Shown here piece after piece: positions 1 to 9,903 of a stretch of 64,000 nt of DNA. The position numbers and the translations under genes are program-made. The DNA comes from Spirochaetia bacterium (GTDB taxonomy: Bacteria > Spirochaetota > Spirochaetia > CAKZLE01): positions 3,008,001 through 3,072,000 of the forward strand of contig OY782041.1 of NCBI GenBank assembly GCA_963677595.1, written 5' to 3'. Every line of letters begins with the position of its first letter. The stretch's first letter is position 1. The notes under the pieces are model-generated. The model made no database searches. It was not told the DNA's origin and saw nothing but the letters and a program-made list of their open reading frames with translations.

Positions 1-47
1 TTGTGCTGGACTTAGAATGTATTCGAATACATTTAAAGGAGAATCTC

Positions 48-1319
48 ATGAAGAAACTTATCGCAATCATCTGTCTTTCTCTTCTGGTCCTGCCACTGTT
101 CGCCGGCGGACAGAAGGAAGCTGAACCTGAGGGGCCAGTCACATTGAAGTTCGCAAGCTGGAGTGTACAGGAGAAGTCATTCCAGGACTACTTCCAGGAA
201 CTGAAAGAGGATTTTGAAGCAGAAAACCCGGATATCACCGTAGAGTTCGTCGGGTATCCCTATGGGGAACTGAAGAAGCAGGTCCTGATCATGGCGAATG
301 CAGGTGAGTCACCAGATGTCATCCAGTGTGCACGATCCTGGTACCCGAGCTTCGTGAGCGGCGGGTATGTGGCAGAACTCGACGATGTCCTGGGTGCTGA
401 CTATCTGAATGATATCTATCCCCAGATCCTTGAGGACATGAAAGTGGATGGGAAGACCTATGGTGTGCCCTGGATCGTAAGCCCCTTCGTCATGTTCTAT
501 AATAAGTCACTCTTCGCCCAGGCAGGTCTTGATCCCAATACACCGCCGACCAGTTATGAAGAGGCTCTGGAATATGCTGCTAAGCTCTCAACACTGACCG
601 ACCAGGACGGCAACGCCGTGTACGGTCTCGGCCAGACCACAGGAGCCGTGCCGGTAAGCGGCGGGGCTGTACTGAGTATGTTCTTCAGCTACGGCGGCGG
701 GATCATGGATGCCGCAGGGAATGTCGATGTGATCAATGCCGGGAACAAGGCTGCACTGGAGACTCTTGCAGCTATGCATGAAGCCGGCTACAATCCTGAG
801 GGAGCAAAGCTCAAGGATCTGAGGAACCTGATGGCGATCGGCCGACTGGGTATGTACTTCGATCAGCTCTGGGGTATCGGCGGGTCATATGCGATCAATC
901 CTGAGCTGAAAGGGCAGGTCGGGGTATCAAATCCCCTGAGCGGTGCTGGTTCACCCGGTGGATCGACTCTTGAAGCACACCTCCTTCTCGTAAGTGAAGA
1001 CAGCGAACATAAGGACGCTGCAGCACGTTTTATCGAGTATGCGACCAGCAGCGAGCAGATGGGCAAGTACTCGGAGATCGCATCATTCCTGTTCCCGATG
1101 GCCAGCCAGGTAGCACAGACTCCGGGATATGCTGATAGAGAGGATATCAAACCGGTATTGAGCTATGCTGATACCATCCATGCGGTAGAGAAGCATCCGG
1201 AGATGGAGAACGTGTTCCTCGCACTGACGACAGCTGCACAGGCAGTGACGGTCGGTGGCATGAGCGTAGATGAAGCCTTGTCTGATCTCGACAGGGAACT
1301 GGGGACTCTCCTGAAATAG
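48..1319 (+). CDS. Sugar ABC transporter substrate-binding protein (CUT1 family)
   Basis: AAAGGAG RBS before ATG at 48; signal peptide ending AGGQKE; PDVI and MFYNKSLF motifs of SBP_bac_1/8. Confidence 0.92.
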   Translation: MKKLIAIICLSLLVLPLFAGGQKEAEPEGPVTLKFASWSVQEKSFQDYFQELKEDFEAENPDITVEFVGYPYGELKKQVLIMANAGESPDVIQCARSWYPSFVSGGYVAELDDVLGADYLNDIYPQILEDMKVDGKTYGVPWIVSPFVMFYNKSLFAQAGLDPNTPPTSYEEALEYAAKLSTLTDQDGNAVYGLGQTTGAVPVSGGAVLSMFFSYGGGIMDAAGNVDVINAGNKAALETLAAMHEAGYNPEGAKLKDLRNLMAIGRLGMYFDQLWGIGGSYAINPELKGQVGVSNPLSGAGSPGGSTLEAHLLLVSEDSEHKDAAARFIEYATSSEQMGKYSEIASFLFPMASQVAQTPGYADREDIKPVLSYADTIHAVEKHPEMENVFLALTTAAQAVTVGGMSVDEALSDLDRELGTLLK

Positions 1320-1396
1320 CTGTTGCTGCAGCCGTTCCCCGGATTGGATGGGACGGCTGCATCCTGAAAAAAAAGAATGTGAGAGTTGTGAAAATT

Positions 1397-2281
1397 ATGA
1401 AAACAAAGACCGGAGACAGCCTGTTCGGCACGATCCTCCTGCTCCCATCCATCCTCATCGTAGGTGGGTTCATCTTTCTCCCCCTGGTACAGTCTGTGTT
1501 CTACAGTTTCTTCAACTACAAGCTGACACGGAAGAAGATGCCCCTCGATTGGAACAGCTTCGAGAACTATACAGGGCTTTGGGAGAGCGGTAAACTGCAG
1601 AATGCGTTCTCGGTTACCTTTACCTTCATGTTCCTGGTTGTGATCGCAGTACTGGTCCTTGGGATGATCATGGCCCTGCTCATGAGCAGGGGGAGTAAGG
1701 GGATGCGGCTGAAACGGAGCCTGTCCCTGCTCCCATGGGGAACCCCGACGGTCATCGTCGCTCTCCTCTGGTCATGGATGTTCCAAGGGGAATACGGGGT
1801 CGTGAACTTCCTGCTCATGAGACTCCATATCATCGCGGAACCCATCTCTTATTTGGCAAATCCTGATACCGCACTGGGTTCAGTCGCTGTTGCGGCAATC
1901 TGGAGGCAGCTGCCTTTCATGTTCATCATGCTGCTGGCAGGTCTGCAGGGTATACCAAAGGAGATGTATGAGGCCGCCTATATAGACGGGGCGACTTCGA
2001 TCCAGTCATTCACTCATGTGACCCTGCCGTTTCTCCGGAATGTCATCCGCTCGAGTATCCTGGTCACCATCATCACCAACTTCAAGCAGTTCCCGCTTTT
2101 CTGGACGATGACCGGTGGTGGGCCGATGGATACGACCGAGACGCTGGCGATCCTGACGTACAAGAATGCGTTCGTGAATCTCAACTTCGGGGTGGGGGCG
2201 GCAGTTGCAGCCTCCTGGATGGCTGTGCTGGTCATCTTCTCCCTCCTGTACAACGTGATCTTCAAGGAGGCTGAGTACTAA
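1397..2281 (+). CDS. Sugar ABC transporter permease (MalF/UgpA-like)
   Basis: Hydrophobic helices; EAA loop EMYEAAYIDGA; TGGGP motif. Confidence 0.92.
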   Translation: MKTKTGDSLFGTILLLPSILIVGGFIFLPLVQSVFYSFFNYKLTRKKMPLDWNSFENYTGLWESGKLQNAFSVTFTFMFLVVIAVLVLGMIMALLMSRGSKGMRLKRSLSLLPWGTPTVIVALLWSWMFQGEYGVVNFLLMRLHIIAEPISYLANPDTALGSVAVAAIWRQLPFMFIMLLAGLQGIPKEMYEAAYIDGATSIQSFTHVTLPFLRNVIRSSILVTIITNFKQFPLFWTMTGGGPMDTTETLAILTYKNAFVNLNFGVGAAVAASWMAVLVIFSLLYNVIFKEAEY

Positions 2282-2282
2282 G

Positions 2283-3119
2283 ATGAAACCCAGAATACGA
2301 CCAAAGACCATACTGACCACAGCGATCATCATCCTGCTTGGGATCTTCCTGCTCTTCCCGATCTACTGGATCCTTGTCACCTCCTTCAAGGACAATATGG
2401 ATATCTACCGGTTCCCGCCGCAGTTCATCCCGGTGAACTTCACCCTGGAGAACTATAGGGGGATCTTCGAAGATAACTCAGTGCTCAGGTACCTGATGAA
2501 CAACATGCTCGTCTCTGCCGGCACGACTGGCCTGACGCTCATCGTCGCATCCCTTGCCGGGTATTCGCTTTCACGGTATTCGACACCCTTCGGTAATTTC
2601 GTGAAGACATCGCTGCTCTCAACACAGATGTTCCCCATTGTGGGGCTCCTGCTGGCGCTCTATCTGATCTTCAGGAATATGAATCTGATCAATACCCGGT
2701 TTTCCCTGATACTCTCCCTCTCGGCGGTGACTATTCCCTTCTCGACGATCCTCATCAAGGGGTTCTTCGATGATATCTCCAGGTCCCTTGATGAGGCGGC
2801 ACGTATAGACGGCTGTTCGAGGCTCAGGACGCTCGTTTCCATCATCCTCCCGCTCGCAAAGCCGGGGATGCTGGCAATCGGACTCTATACGTTCATGCAG
2901 GCATGGGATGATTTCCTCTTCGCCATCACCTTCATTCTCGGCGATGAGAAACGGACCCTCTCCGCAGGTATAGCGATGAGGTTCCTCGGTGAAGTCTCCT
3001 ATGACTGGGGGATGGTCACCACGGTATCAGTAGCCGGTGTGCTGCCGATGTTCATCCTCATCTTTCTGTTCCAGCGATATATGGTTGCCGGTCTCACAGC
3101 CGGTGCAGTAAAAGGATAG
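2283..3119 (+). CDS. Sugar ABC transporter permease (MalG/UgpE-like)
   Basis: LDEAARIDG EAA loop; C-terminal GLTAGAVKG. Confidence 0.92.
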   Translation: MKPRIRPKTILTTAIIILLGIFLLFPIYWILVTSFKDNMDIYRFPPQFIPVNFTLENYRGIFEDNSVLRYLMNNMLVSAGTTGLTLIVASLAGYSLSRYSTPFGNFVKTSLLSTQMFPIVGLLLALYLIFRNMNLINTRFSLILSLSAVTIPFSTILIKGFFDDISRSLDEAARIDGCSRLRTLVSIILPLAKPGMLAIGLYTFMQAWDDFLFAITFILGDEKRTLSAGIAMRFLGEVSYDWGMVTTVSVAGVLPMFILIFLFQRYMVAGLTAGAVKG

Positions 3120-3124
3120 GTGCC

Positions 3125-4702
3125 ATGAAGACTAGTTATGTGAACCAGATGACAGGGAAGGGGCCGTTCTCCTATGATCCAGGGATGTCCCGCCCGAATA
3201 TCCTGTTCGTTACCATGGATATGGTCCCCCAGGAGTTCTACAACGGGACTCGTTCGATGGAGACCCCGAACCAGATGAGCCTTGGCGAGGACGGCATCTA
3301 CTTTAGGCATGCCTTCGCGACCTCTCCCCTGTGCGGACCGTCCCGGGCCTCGACTTTGACCGGACGCTTCACCTACATCACGGGGAATTCCGAGCGGGCC
3401 CATGACGGTCACCAGACCCATCTGCGGTCTGATGACCTCATCTGGCCGGAGTACCTGAAGGCTGTCGGGTACCATACCCGGCATATCGGGAAGTCCCATG
3501 TGGGTACTGAACACTTCATGCGGGCTTTCGGGGAGAACGCATCCCCGTGGGACCGCTGGTCTCCTCCCTGGTACAATGAGGATGCCTACATCGATTTCCT
3601 CAACTCCAGGGGTCTGAAACGGTTCACCTTCGAGAAGGAGATCGTCGGGCAGAGCTGGAACGGTGATCGTAACGGGAACTCCTACGGAGGATGGCTTGCT
3701 GGACAGAATGGGGAACCGTTCCCTGAAGATGCACTTTATCCGGCATTCCTCACGGATCGTGCGATAGGGGTATTGGAGACAAGAGAGGATACATCCAAGC
3801 CCTTCTACCTGCAGCTTGATTATTTCGGGCCTCATCAGCCGTTCGCGATCCCAGGGAATCTCGAGGAGCGTGAAGCGGAGATACGAGAATCCATCCAGCT
3901 TCCGGAGAGCTGGCTTGAATGGGAGGCTGCCGGTTTCCCGGAAAAGAGTGATGACCCGAGAGTCTACGATCTCTACCGCAGGAACTGGGGGATGAGAGAC
4001 CGCGATGATATGATCGATTACCTCGTTGCCAACCAGCTTCAGTATGAGATCCTTGACAGGCAGTTCGGAAGGCTCCTTTCCTACCTGAAGGAACATGATC
4101 TCTATGATTCCACCATGATCATCTTCACGGCTGACCATGGCGAGATGAACGGGCGTAAGGGGTGCATCGATAAGGGGGCATACCTGAATCCCCAGACCCT
4201 GCATGTCCCGCTCTACCTCAAACCTGCAGAGGGCCAGCCGGTCGAGAAGGGCAGTGTGGTCGAGTCTCCCTGCTCCCTCCTTGATGTCGGACCGACGGTC
4301 TGTGCGACTGCAGGGTTCTCGATCCCTGACCGGCTCGACGGCGTGAGTCTCTTTGACACCGCAGCAGGGAAGCTAAGAGGGGAGGCCAAACCGATCATGG
4401 CGGATGTCTGGAACCATGTGGTACCCAATCCCTGTGTCAGCAAAGTGTTCGAGTATGAGGGACAGCTCTACATCTACAGTTTCAATACCACCTCGGATAC
4501 AGACGAACTCTATTGGGTCGAGGAGCATGGGAAGCTGCATAACCTCATAGAGACAGAACCGCAACTGCGCGAAGCTGCCATCAAGAGTATGTACCGTTCG
4601 CTCTCGACAGATCCCAGATGGGAAGTATATAACTGCTATCTCAAGCTGGAATACAGCAGGGACCTGCAGTTGCTGCCTACTGACAACCAGAAGTTCATGT
4701 AA
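3125..4702 (+). CDS. Cys-type sulfatase (S1 family), cytoplasmic
   Basis: RPNILF start, CGPSR signature (SPLCGPSRASTLTGR), GKSH, TADHG; no signal peptide. Confidence 0.9.
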   Translation: MKTSYVNQMTGKGPFSYDPGMSRPNILFVTMDMVPQEFYNGTRSMETPNQMSLGEDGIYFRHAFATSPLCGPSRASTLTGRFTYITGNSERAHDGHQTHLRSDDLIWPEYLKAVGYHTRHIGKSHVGTEHFMRAFGENASPWDRWSPPWYNEDAYIDFLNSRGLKRFTFEKEIVGQSWNGDRNGNSYGGWLAGQNGEPFPEDALYPAFLTDRAIGVLETREDTSKPFYLQLDYFGPHQPFAIPGNLEEREAEIRESIQLPESWLEWEAAGFPEKSDDPRVYDLYRRNWGMRDRDDMIDYLVANQLQYEILDRQFGRLLSYLKEHDLYDSTMIIFTADHGEMNGRKGCIDKGAYLNPQTLHVPLYLKPAEGQPVEKGSVVESPCSLLDVGPTVCATAGFSIPDRLDGVSLFDTAAGKLRGEAKPIMADVWNHVVPNPCVSKVFEYEGQLYIYSFNTTSDTDELYWVEEHGKLHNLIETEPQLREAAIKSMYRSLSTDPRWEVYNCYLKLEYSRDLQLLPTDNQKFM

Positions 4703-4733
4703 GGGCAGTGACAGCTGCATCAAGGAGGGCACA

Positions 4734-6284
4734 TTGCGTCCGAATATCCTGCATATATGTACAGACATGCAGCGGTTCGATACGATCCATGCACTGGGGA
4801 ATCCGGTGATACGGACACCGAATCTTGACAGGCTGTGTGAAGAGGGAGTTGCCTTCACCCAGGCGTTCTCCCCATCACCGGTCTGTATATCAGCCCGCTG
4901 TTCCATGATCACGGGGCAGTATCCGATGCACACCGGGTGCTATGAGAATACCGTCATGCCTACAGACGGCAGGTCTACCTTCATGAGTGAGCTTAAGGCA
5001 TATGGATACCATACCTACGGTATCGGTAAATGCCATTTCACTCCTGACAGGTATGAGCTCAAGGGATTCGAGGGTCGTGAGGTGCAGGAAGAGGGCATAG
5101 AGACTGCCGTGAACCTGCACCGGAACCACTATCTTACCTATCTGCATGACAGGGGCTATGACCATATCTGCGAACCCCATGGGATCCGGGGGGAGATGTA
5201 CTATATACCGCAGCCGAGCCAGCTGCCTCAGAAGGATCACCCGACTACATGGGTGGGTGACCGTTCGATCGATTTCATCAGGCGTGAGCATGACAGGCCG
5301 TGGTACCTCTTCTCAAGCTTCATACACCCCCATCCGCCTTTCACGCCCCCGAACCCCTGGCATAAACTCTACCGACCGACCGATATGCCCCTGCCCGAAC
5401 CGGGAGAGGAGCTCCTTACCTTCGTCAACAGGGTCCAGAATCGGTACAAATATAGGGATCAGGGATATGATCGGCATATAGTCAGGGCAATCAAAGCCTA
5501 CTATTATGGCTGTATATCCTATGTTGACTTCCAGATCGGAAGGATCCTTGAAGCCCTCGAAGAGAGCGGGCAGCTTGATTCCACGCTCATTGTCTTCAAC
5601 TCCGATCATGGGGAACTCCTCGGGGACCGGAACTCATATGGGAAACGGAGCATGCATGATGCCAGCGTGCGGGTTCCCATGCTCCTGCGTTATCCCGGAC
5701 GATTCGACGGAGGGAGAAGATGTGACAGGCCAGTATCTCTTGTCGATATCGCACCAACACTCCTTGAAGCAGCCGGCTGTGACAGCAGGAGCATGACAAC
5801 TCACCGGCTTGATGGTGTGGATCTCCATCGTATCCTCACAGGTGAGTCGGAGCGTGAAGCTGTCTTTGCACAGCTGTCCTACCGTGATCCCATAGTGAGA
5901 AAGGCGATCGATCCTGAGCAGCTTCACGTGCTCGACAGCAGGGATGCCCATGCCCATCTCTCGAGCTATATGGCTGTGACAAGAGACTGGAAATACTGCT
6001 ACAGCGCCCCGGATGACAGGGAGTTCCTGTTCTGTCGGAATGATGATCCCGGTGAGCATAGGAACCGAATAGATGATACGCAGGTTGTGGGTGCTAAGGC
6101 TCATACCAAGCAGCTGCTGATTGACCATCTTGTTGAGGGCGGGGAGACCAGCGGGTTGGAGGATCATGATTGGAGACACTTCTCAACCCTCAGGATCAAT
6201 CCTGACCCCGATGCAGGGCTTCTGATCCAGGATTTCTATACCCCCTGGGCACAGATGGAACTCCCTGAGGGGTACCGTAGATAG
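4734..6284 (+). CDS. Cys-type sulfatase (S1 family), variant CISAR motif
   Basis: TTG start after GGAGG; RPNIL, SPVCISARCSMITG, GKCH, PHPP, SDHGE motifs. Confidence 0.88.
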   Translation: MRPNILHICTDMQRFDTIHALGNPVIRTPNLDRLCEEGVAFTQAFSPSPVCISARCSMITGQYPMHTGCYENTVMPTDGRSTFMSELKAYGYHTYGIGKCHFTPDRYELKGFEGREVQEEGIETAVNLHRNHYLTYLHDRGYDHICEPHGIRGEMYYIPQPSQLPQKDHPTTWVGDRSIDFIRREHDRPWYLFSSFIHPHPPFTPPNPWHKLYRPTDMPLPEPGEELLTFVNRVQNRYKYRDQGYDRHIVRAIKAYYYGCISYVDFQIGRILEALEESGQLDSTLIVFNSDHGELLGDRNSYGKRSMHDASVRVPMLLRYPGRFDGGRRCDRPVSLVDIAPTLLEAAGCDSRSMTTHRLDGVDLHRILTGESEREAVFAQLSYRDPIVRKAIDPEQLHVLDSRDAHAHLSSYMAVTRDWKYCYSAPDDREFLFCRNDDPGEHRNRIDDTQVVGAKAHTKQLLIDHLVEGGETSGLEDHDWRHFSTLRINPDPDAGLLIQDFYTPWAQMELPEGYRR

Positions 6285-6331
6285 CATATAGGAGTAGGTT
6301 AGACCTGTATGTACAGGTGTGTGATAAGGAT

Positions 6332-6357
6332 AGCAGCGTGACGCTTGTCGCGCTGCT
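6332..6357. terminator. GC-rich hairpin between convergent genes
   Basis: AGCAGCGTGAC-GCTT-GTCGCGCTGCT stem with one G.U pair; second palindrome ACCTGTA-TG-TACAGGT at 6303-6318. Confidence 0.5.
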
Positions 6358-6377
6358 GCCTTACGCGATTTCTGGGT

Positions 6378-6599
6378 CTACCAACCGCCGGCATCATCCC
6401 CATCACCAGGACATGCGATTGCCGTGAGGAAGTCCGGCAGGGGGACTCCCCGGTCGACGAGTCGGCCCAGGTTGTTCTGCAGGATATCTGCGAGTCTCGG
6501 GTTCTTATCTATATCGGGACCCTTTGCCCAGGCAGCGGCAGAGAAACACAGCAGGATCACCAGAAGAAGAACAACAACTTTCTTAGGTTTTTTCATCAT
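6378..6599 (-). CDS. Small secreted protein/peptide of unknown function
   Basis: GGGAGGAG RBS; MMKKPKK + hydrophobic core + AWA cleavage site; ~48-aa mature part ending IACPGDGDDAGGW. Confidence 0.65.
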   Translation of the reverse strand: MMKKPKKVVVLLLVILLCFSAAAWAKGPDIDKNPRLADILQNNLGRLVDRGVPLPDFLTAIACPGDGDDAGGW

Positions 6600-6766
6600 A
6601 CTCCTCCCTGTGCTGTTGGACAGCACCCATACAGTATAGATCCACAGTCCTGAGGTTTAAAGAGTACGTGCTTGATAATAGAGATGCATGTACTGGCGGT
6701 ACGGACGGGGCTATAAGGAGAAACATCCACGTATCAGAAGGAGGTGTTCCGCATAGCAGTATCTAA

Positions 6767-7219
6767 TTATCTTGTTTGATTGAGAAAAGGAGCCTGCTGC
6801 ACCTCGGATACCTGGGTAGATTCCAAGGTATCTACCCTGGCAGAAAGCTTGTCGATCCTTGAACCCATATCTGCTTGATACACAAAAGCAGTGATAGCGT
6901 TCACCAGATAGCTGTTAACAGAGATGGACTCTTCTTCCGCTCTGTTGAATACGGCTTCATGGAGTGATTTCGGCATTCTCAGGAGGCACCTTCCGCTGGC
7001 TTCTTTCCTGCGTACTGGTTCAGGGATGGGAAGTCCTTCCTCCTTCAGTATCGCGACTGCCGCTTCTACGGTATCCAGGATCCCTTCCATGGCCTCAAGG
7101 TACGAATCACCACATGCCGATACCGAGGGGAGTTCCCTGCAGGTGCCGATGAACTGGCCGTCTTCCTCAGACCAAAAGACCTGGTACGAATAGTGTTGTC
7201 TCATTTCCTCAATCCTCAT
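6767..7219 (-). CDS. hicB: HicB-family antitoxin (RNase H-like + RHH), no intact HicA
   Basis: YSYQVFWSEEDGQFIGTCRELP N-terminus; SGRCLLRMPKSLH RHH motif. Confidence 0.88.
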   Translation of the reverse strand: MRIEEMRQHYSYQVFWSEEDGQFIGTCRELPSVSACGDSYLEAMEGILDTVEAAVAILKEEGLPIPEPVRRKEASGRCLLRMPKSLHEAVFNRAEEESISVNSYLVNAITAFVYQADMGSRIDKLSARVDTLESTQVSEVQQAPFLNQTR

Positions 7220-7340
7220 CTTGCTCTGTCGTGTATCTCTCTACCAGCTCCATGATTCCCATGCCGTGGGACATCCCGGGAGAGGTTGTACAGGTCGTTT
7301 GTCCATCAAACCATGATAGGTGCCATGTCTACATACTAGT

Positions 7341-7389
7341 ATGATATCGAATACGATATCATCATACATCCGTCTGCCTGATAATGCAA
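7341..7389 (-). promoter_or_regulatory. hicB promoter with palindromic operator
   Basis: Minus-strand TTGCAT-N17-TATGAT; palindrome ATGATATCG-AATA-CGATATCAT at 7341-7362. Confidence 0.6.
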
Positions 7390-7589
7390 GTCCATGGATA
7401 GAGGTGGATCATCTACTGCATGGCCAGAGGATCTTGTCTTGACTTCTGAGGTGAGTTAATATATATGTTAACTTATCCGGCAAGGTAGTTATAGGGAGGA
7501 GAACTACCCTACGTTGGTAGGAGTCATGGGAGCCGTCACTTCAAGCCCTGTAACCTAGCTAGGCGAAAGCCGGATCAAGAGGAGAGATT

Positions 7590-7946
7590 TTGTTCATGGG
7601 TGGAATAGGTACGTATACCGAAGATCGAACACATAAAGACAACCTGGACGTCCAGAAGCGCGTGTTCAGGAATGTGGTGACTAGCCTCTTGTATGAGATG
7701 ATGGAGAGGGAGCAGGTCTCGAAAGCTGAGCTTGCCTCCAGGCTTCATATCTCCAAAGCAGCAGTCACCAACCTGCTGAGCGGTGACAGGAACTTCACTA
7801 TCGATACGCTTACGGCAATATCGCATGCTCTCGGATATATCCCGAGTTTCAGGCTGGAGAAGATGGGTACAGACCCTGAAGGGCACAGAGGCGGAATTGG
7901 TTCACAGGAAGTGGATGAGCCGAGATCAGTTTCTGTTAGTCTGTGA
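7590..7946 (+). CDS. XRE/HTH_3 protein, HigA-like antitoxin, orphan
   Basis: VSKAELASRLHISKAAVTNLLSGDRNFTIDTL HTH; start uncertain (TTG 7590 or ATG 7596). Confidence 0.75.
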   Translation: MFMGGIGTYTEDRTHKDNLDVQKRVFRNVVTSLLYEMMEREQVSKAELASRLHISKAAVTNLLSGDRNFTIDTLTAISHALGYIPSFRLEKMGTDPEGHRGGIGSQEVDEPRSVSVSL

Positions 7947-8049
7947 GTTCGGGGATGATAACCTGACTGTAGCCTGCCCGAGGAGGGGGAGAAGTCTCCC
8001 CCCCCTGATGTGCCTTGTTCTTCCTTGGACATGATGAATCATGGAACTG

Positions 8050-8919
8050 CTATCCCTTCACGGCGCCTGCAGTCAGCCCTTCCACGAAATACTTCTGGAT
8101 CGCGGAGAACATGATGACTATCGGCAGCGTGGTAGACGTACCGAGAGCCATGATCTCTCCCCAGTCGATCTCCACAGAGCTGATGTAGTTCGCAAGCCCT
8201 ACAGTCAATGTCTTCATGGTGTCGCTGATGATGAGCACGCTCGAGAGAAGGTATTCGTTCCAGGAAAGGATGAATGCCATGATTCCCGTGCTGAGAATCC
8301 CCGGGATACATAAGGGCAGCACGATGGCGGTGAATATCTTGAAGGCTGAGGTCCCGTCCATGAGGGCTGCCTCTTCCAACTCCTTTGGGACCTTCCTGAA
8401 AAAGGGTATGAGAAGCCATACACAGAAGGGGAAGGTAAAGGTCGTATGGCCGATGATCACACCAAGATAGCTTGAGTTCAGCCCCATCCCTGCGATGATC
8501 CTGTACAGGGGGATCATCAGCATGATCGGAGGCAGGCAGTAGGCGGAGAGTACGGACATCATGATGAGGCGACGTCCCCTATAGGTGAATCGGGCAAGAC
8601 TGTATGCACCCAATGTGCCAATTACGACATCGATGAGCATGGTCGAGAATGCGATAAGGAAACTGTTGAAGAAGTACCGGACGACGATAGCATTGCTGAA
8701 GGTAGTTTTGTACCAGTGCAGGGTGGGATCTTTGGGAAAGATCTGGGGCGGCATCTTGAAGAGTTCTACCGAGGGTTTCAATGAGCTCAATGCCATCCAG
8801 AGCAGCGGGAAGCCTACGAACGCTATCGTTGCCAGTACCAGGATGTAGAACCAGAAGTTCTTACGCAGTTTCATGAGGATTGTTGAAATCATGGTGTACC
8901 TCCTCTCCTCAATGTTCAT
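8050..8919 (-). CDS. Sugar ABC transporter permease
   Basis: ELEEAALMDG EAA loop; GLTAGAVKG C-terminus. Confidence 0.92.
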   Translation of the reverse strand: MNIEERRYTMISTILMKLRKNFWFYILVLATIAFVGFPLLWMALSSLKPSVELFKMPPQIFPKDPTLHWYKTTFSNAIVVRYFFNSFLIAFSTMLIDVVIGTLGAYSLARFTYRGRRLIMMSVLSAYCLPPIMLMIPLYRIIAGMGLNSSYLGVIIGHTTFTFPFCVWLLIPFFRKVPKELEEAALMDGTSAFKIFTAIVLPLCIPGILSTGIMAFILSWNEYLLSSVLIISDTMKTLTVGLANYISSVEIDWGEIMALGTSTTLPIVIMFSAIQKYFVEGLTAGAVKG

Positions 8920-9817
8920 CCGCTACGGATTTCTTCACATAGAATGCGACACACACGAAGAGTGCGAGCCCCAGTACCATGGATATGCTCGAGGCGTATC
9001 CGAGCTGGAAGGTACCGAATGATGCCTGATAGATCATGATCGGCAAGTGTGTAGTCGTTCCTGCCGGACCGCCTCCCGTGATCAGCCAGATCAGGTCGAA
9101 GTAGGTAGCTGTCCATACGATACGGAGGATCGCCAGGACTATCGTTGCATCCTTTACATGCGGCAGGGTGATATGGAGGAACTCCTGGAAGGCGTTGGCT
9201 CCATCCACTCGTGCGGCCTCGTACAGCTCCTGGTTGATGCTCATCAGCGTTGCCCAGTAGATGAGCATCGGGAACGGGTATGATCTCCAGATGTTGACAA
9301 TGATGAGGGTGGCCATCGCGCTCCCGGGAAGGGCCAGCGGGGATTGCCGGTAGTCGATCATGTTCAGTTTGCTGAGCCACCAGCTCACGATGCCGTAATC
9401 ACCGTTCGTAACCCACTTGGTCACCAGTGCGATCGCCACGGCAGGGACGACATACGGGATGAGAAGAAAACTACGCAATCCTGTCCCCACGTTCTTTCTC
9501 TTGATCAGCAGGGCGATTGCGAACCCCAATACCAGTTGGCCTATGACAGAGAAGATCGTCCATACCAGGGTGTTCTTCACATATTTCAGGAACCTGATAT
9601 TAGAGAAGAGCTTCCTGTAGTTCTCGAATGCAACGAAGGAGAACTCTGACTTCAGGAGTCTAGCATCCGTGAAGCTCAAGAAGATGTTATATACTACCGG
9701 ATAGGCAACAAACACCAGAAGGAAGATCACGGTCGGTATGATGAAGATGATACCTAGTATCTGCTTCTGTGAATGATAGTTCCTTTTCTGTCCAATCAAG
9801 TGCACGTTCACGTTCAC
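8909..9817 (-). CDS. Sugar ABC transporter permease
   Basis: ELYEAARVDGA EAA loop; TGGGP. Confidence 0.92.
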   Translation of the reverse strand: MNVNVHLIGQKRNYHSQKQILGIIFIIPTVIFLLVFVAYPVVYNIFLSFTDARLLKSEFSFVAFENYRKLFSNIRFLKYVKNTLVWTIFSVIGQLVLGFAIALLIKRKNVGTGLRSFLLIPYVVPAVAIALVTKWVTNGDYGIVSWWLSKLNMIDYRQSPLALPGSAMATLIIVNIWRSYPFPMLIYWATLMSINQELYEAARVDGANAFQEFLHITLPHVKDATIVLAILRIVWTATYFDLIWLITGGGPAGTTTHLPIMIYQASFGTFQLGYASSISMVLGLALFVCVAFYVKKSVADEH

Positions 9818-9849
9818 GCTTCCAATTCTCCTTTGTCTTTGTAAGAATA

Positions 9850-9885
9850 GAGCCCGGGCTTGGAGGTTCTGCTAAGCCCGGGCTC
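9850..9885. terminator. Hairpin after SBP gene (mRNA stabiliser/attenuator)
   Basis: GAGCCCGGGCTT...AAGCCCGGGCTC 12-bp perfect stem. Confidence 0.65.
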
Positions 9886-9903
9886 ACATATTGACCTGTT
9901 ATC

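Noticed and set aside
2999-4204. Long antisense ORFs (401 aa here; also 26438-27277 and others)
   Set aside because: Shadow frames opposite well-supported genes, with no recognisable motifs
7500-7550. HEARO/omega-RNA resemblance (CTACGTT...GTCAT)
   Set aside because: Only short word matches; too short and no IscB/TnpB gene nearby
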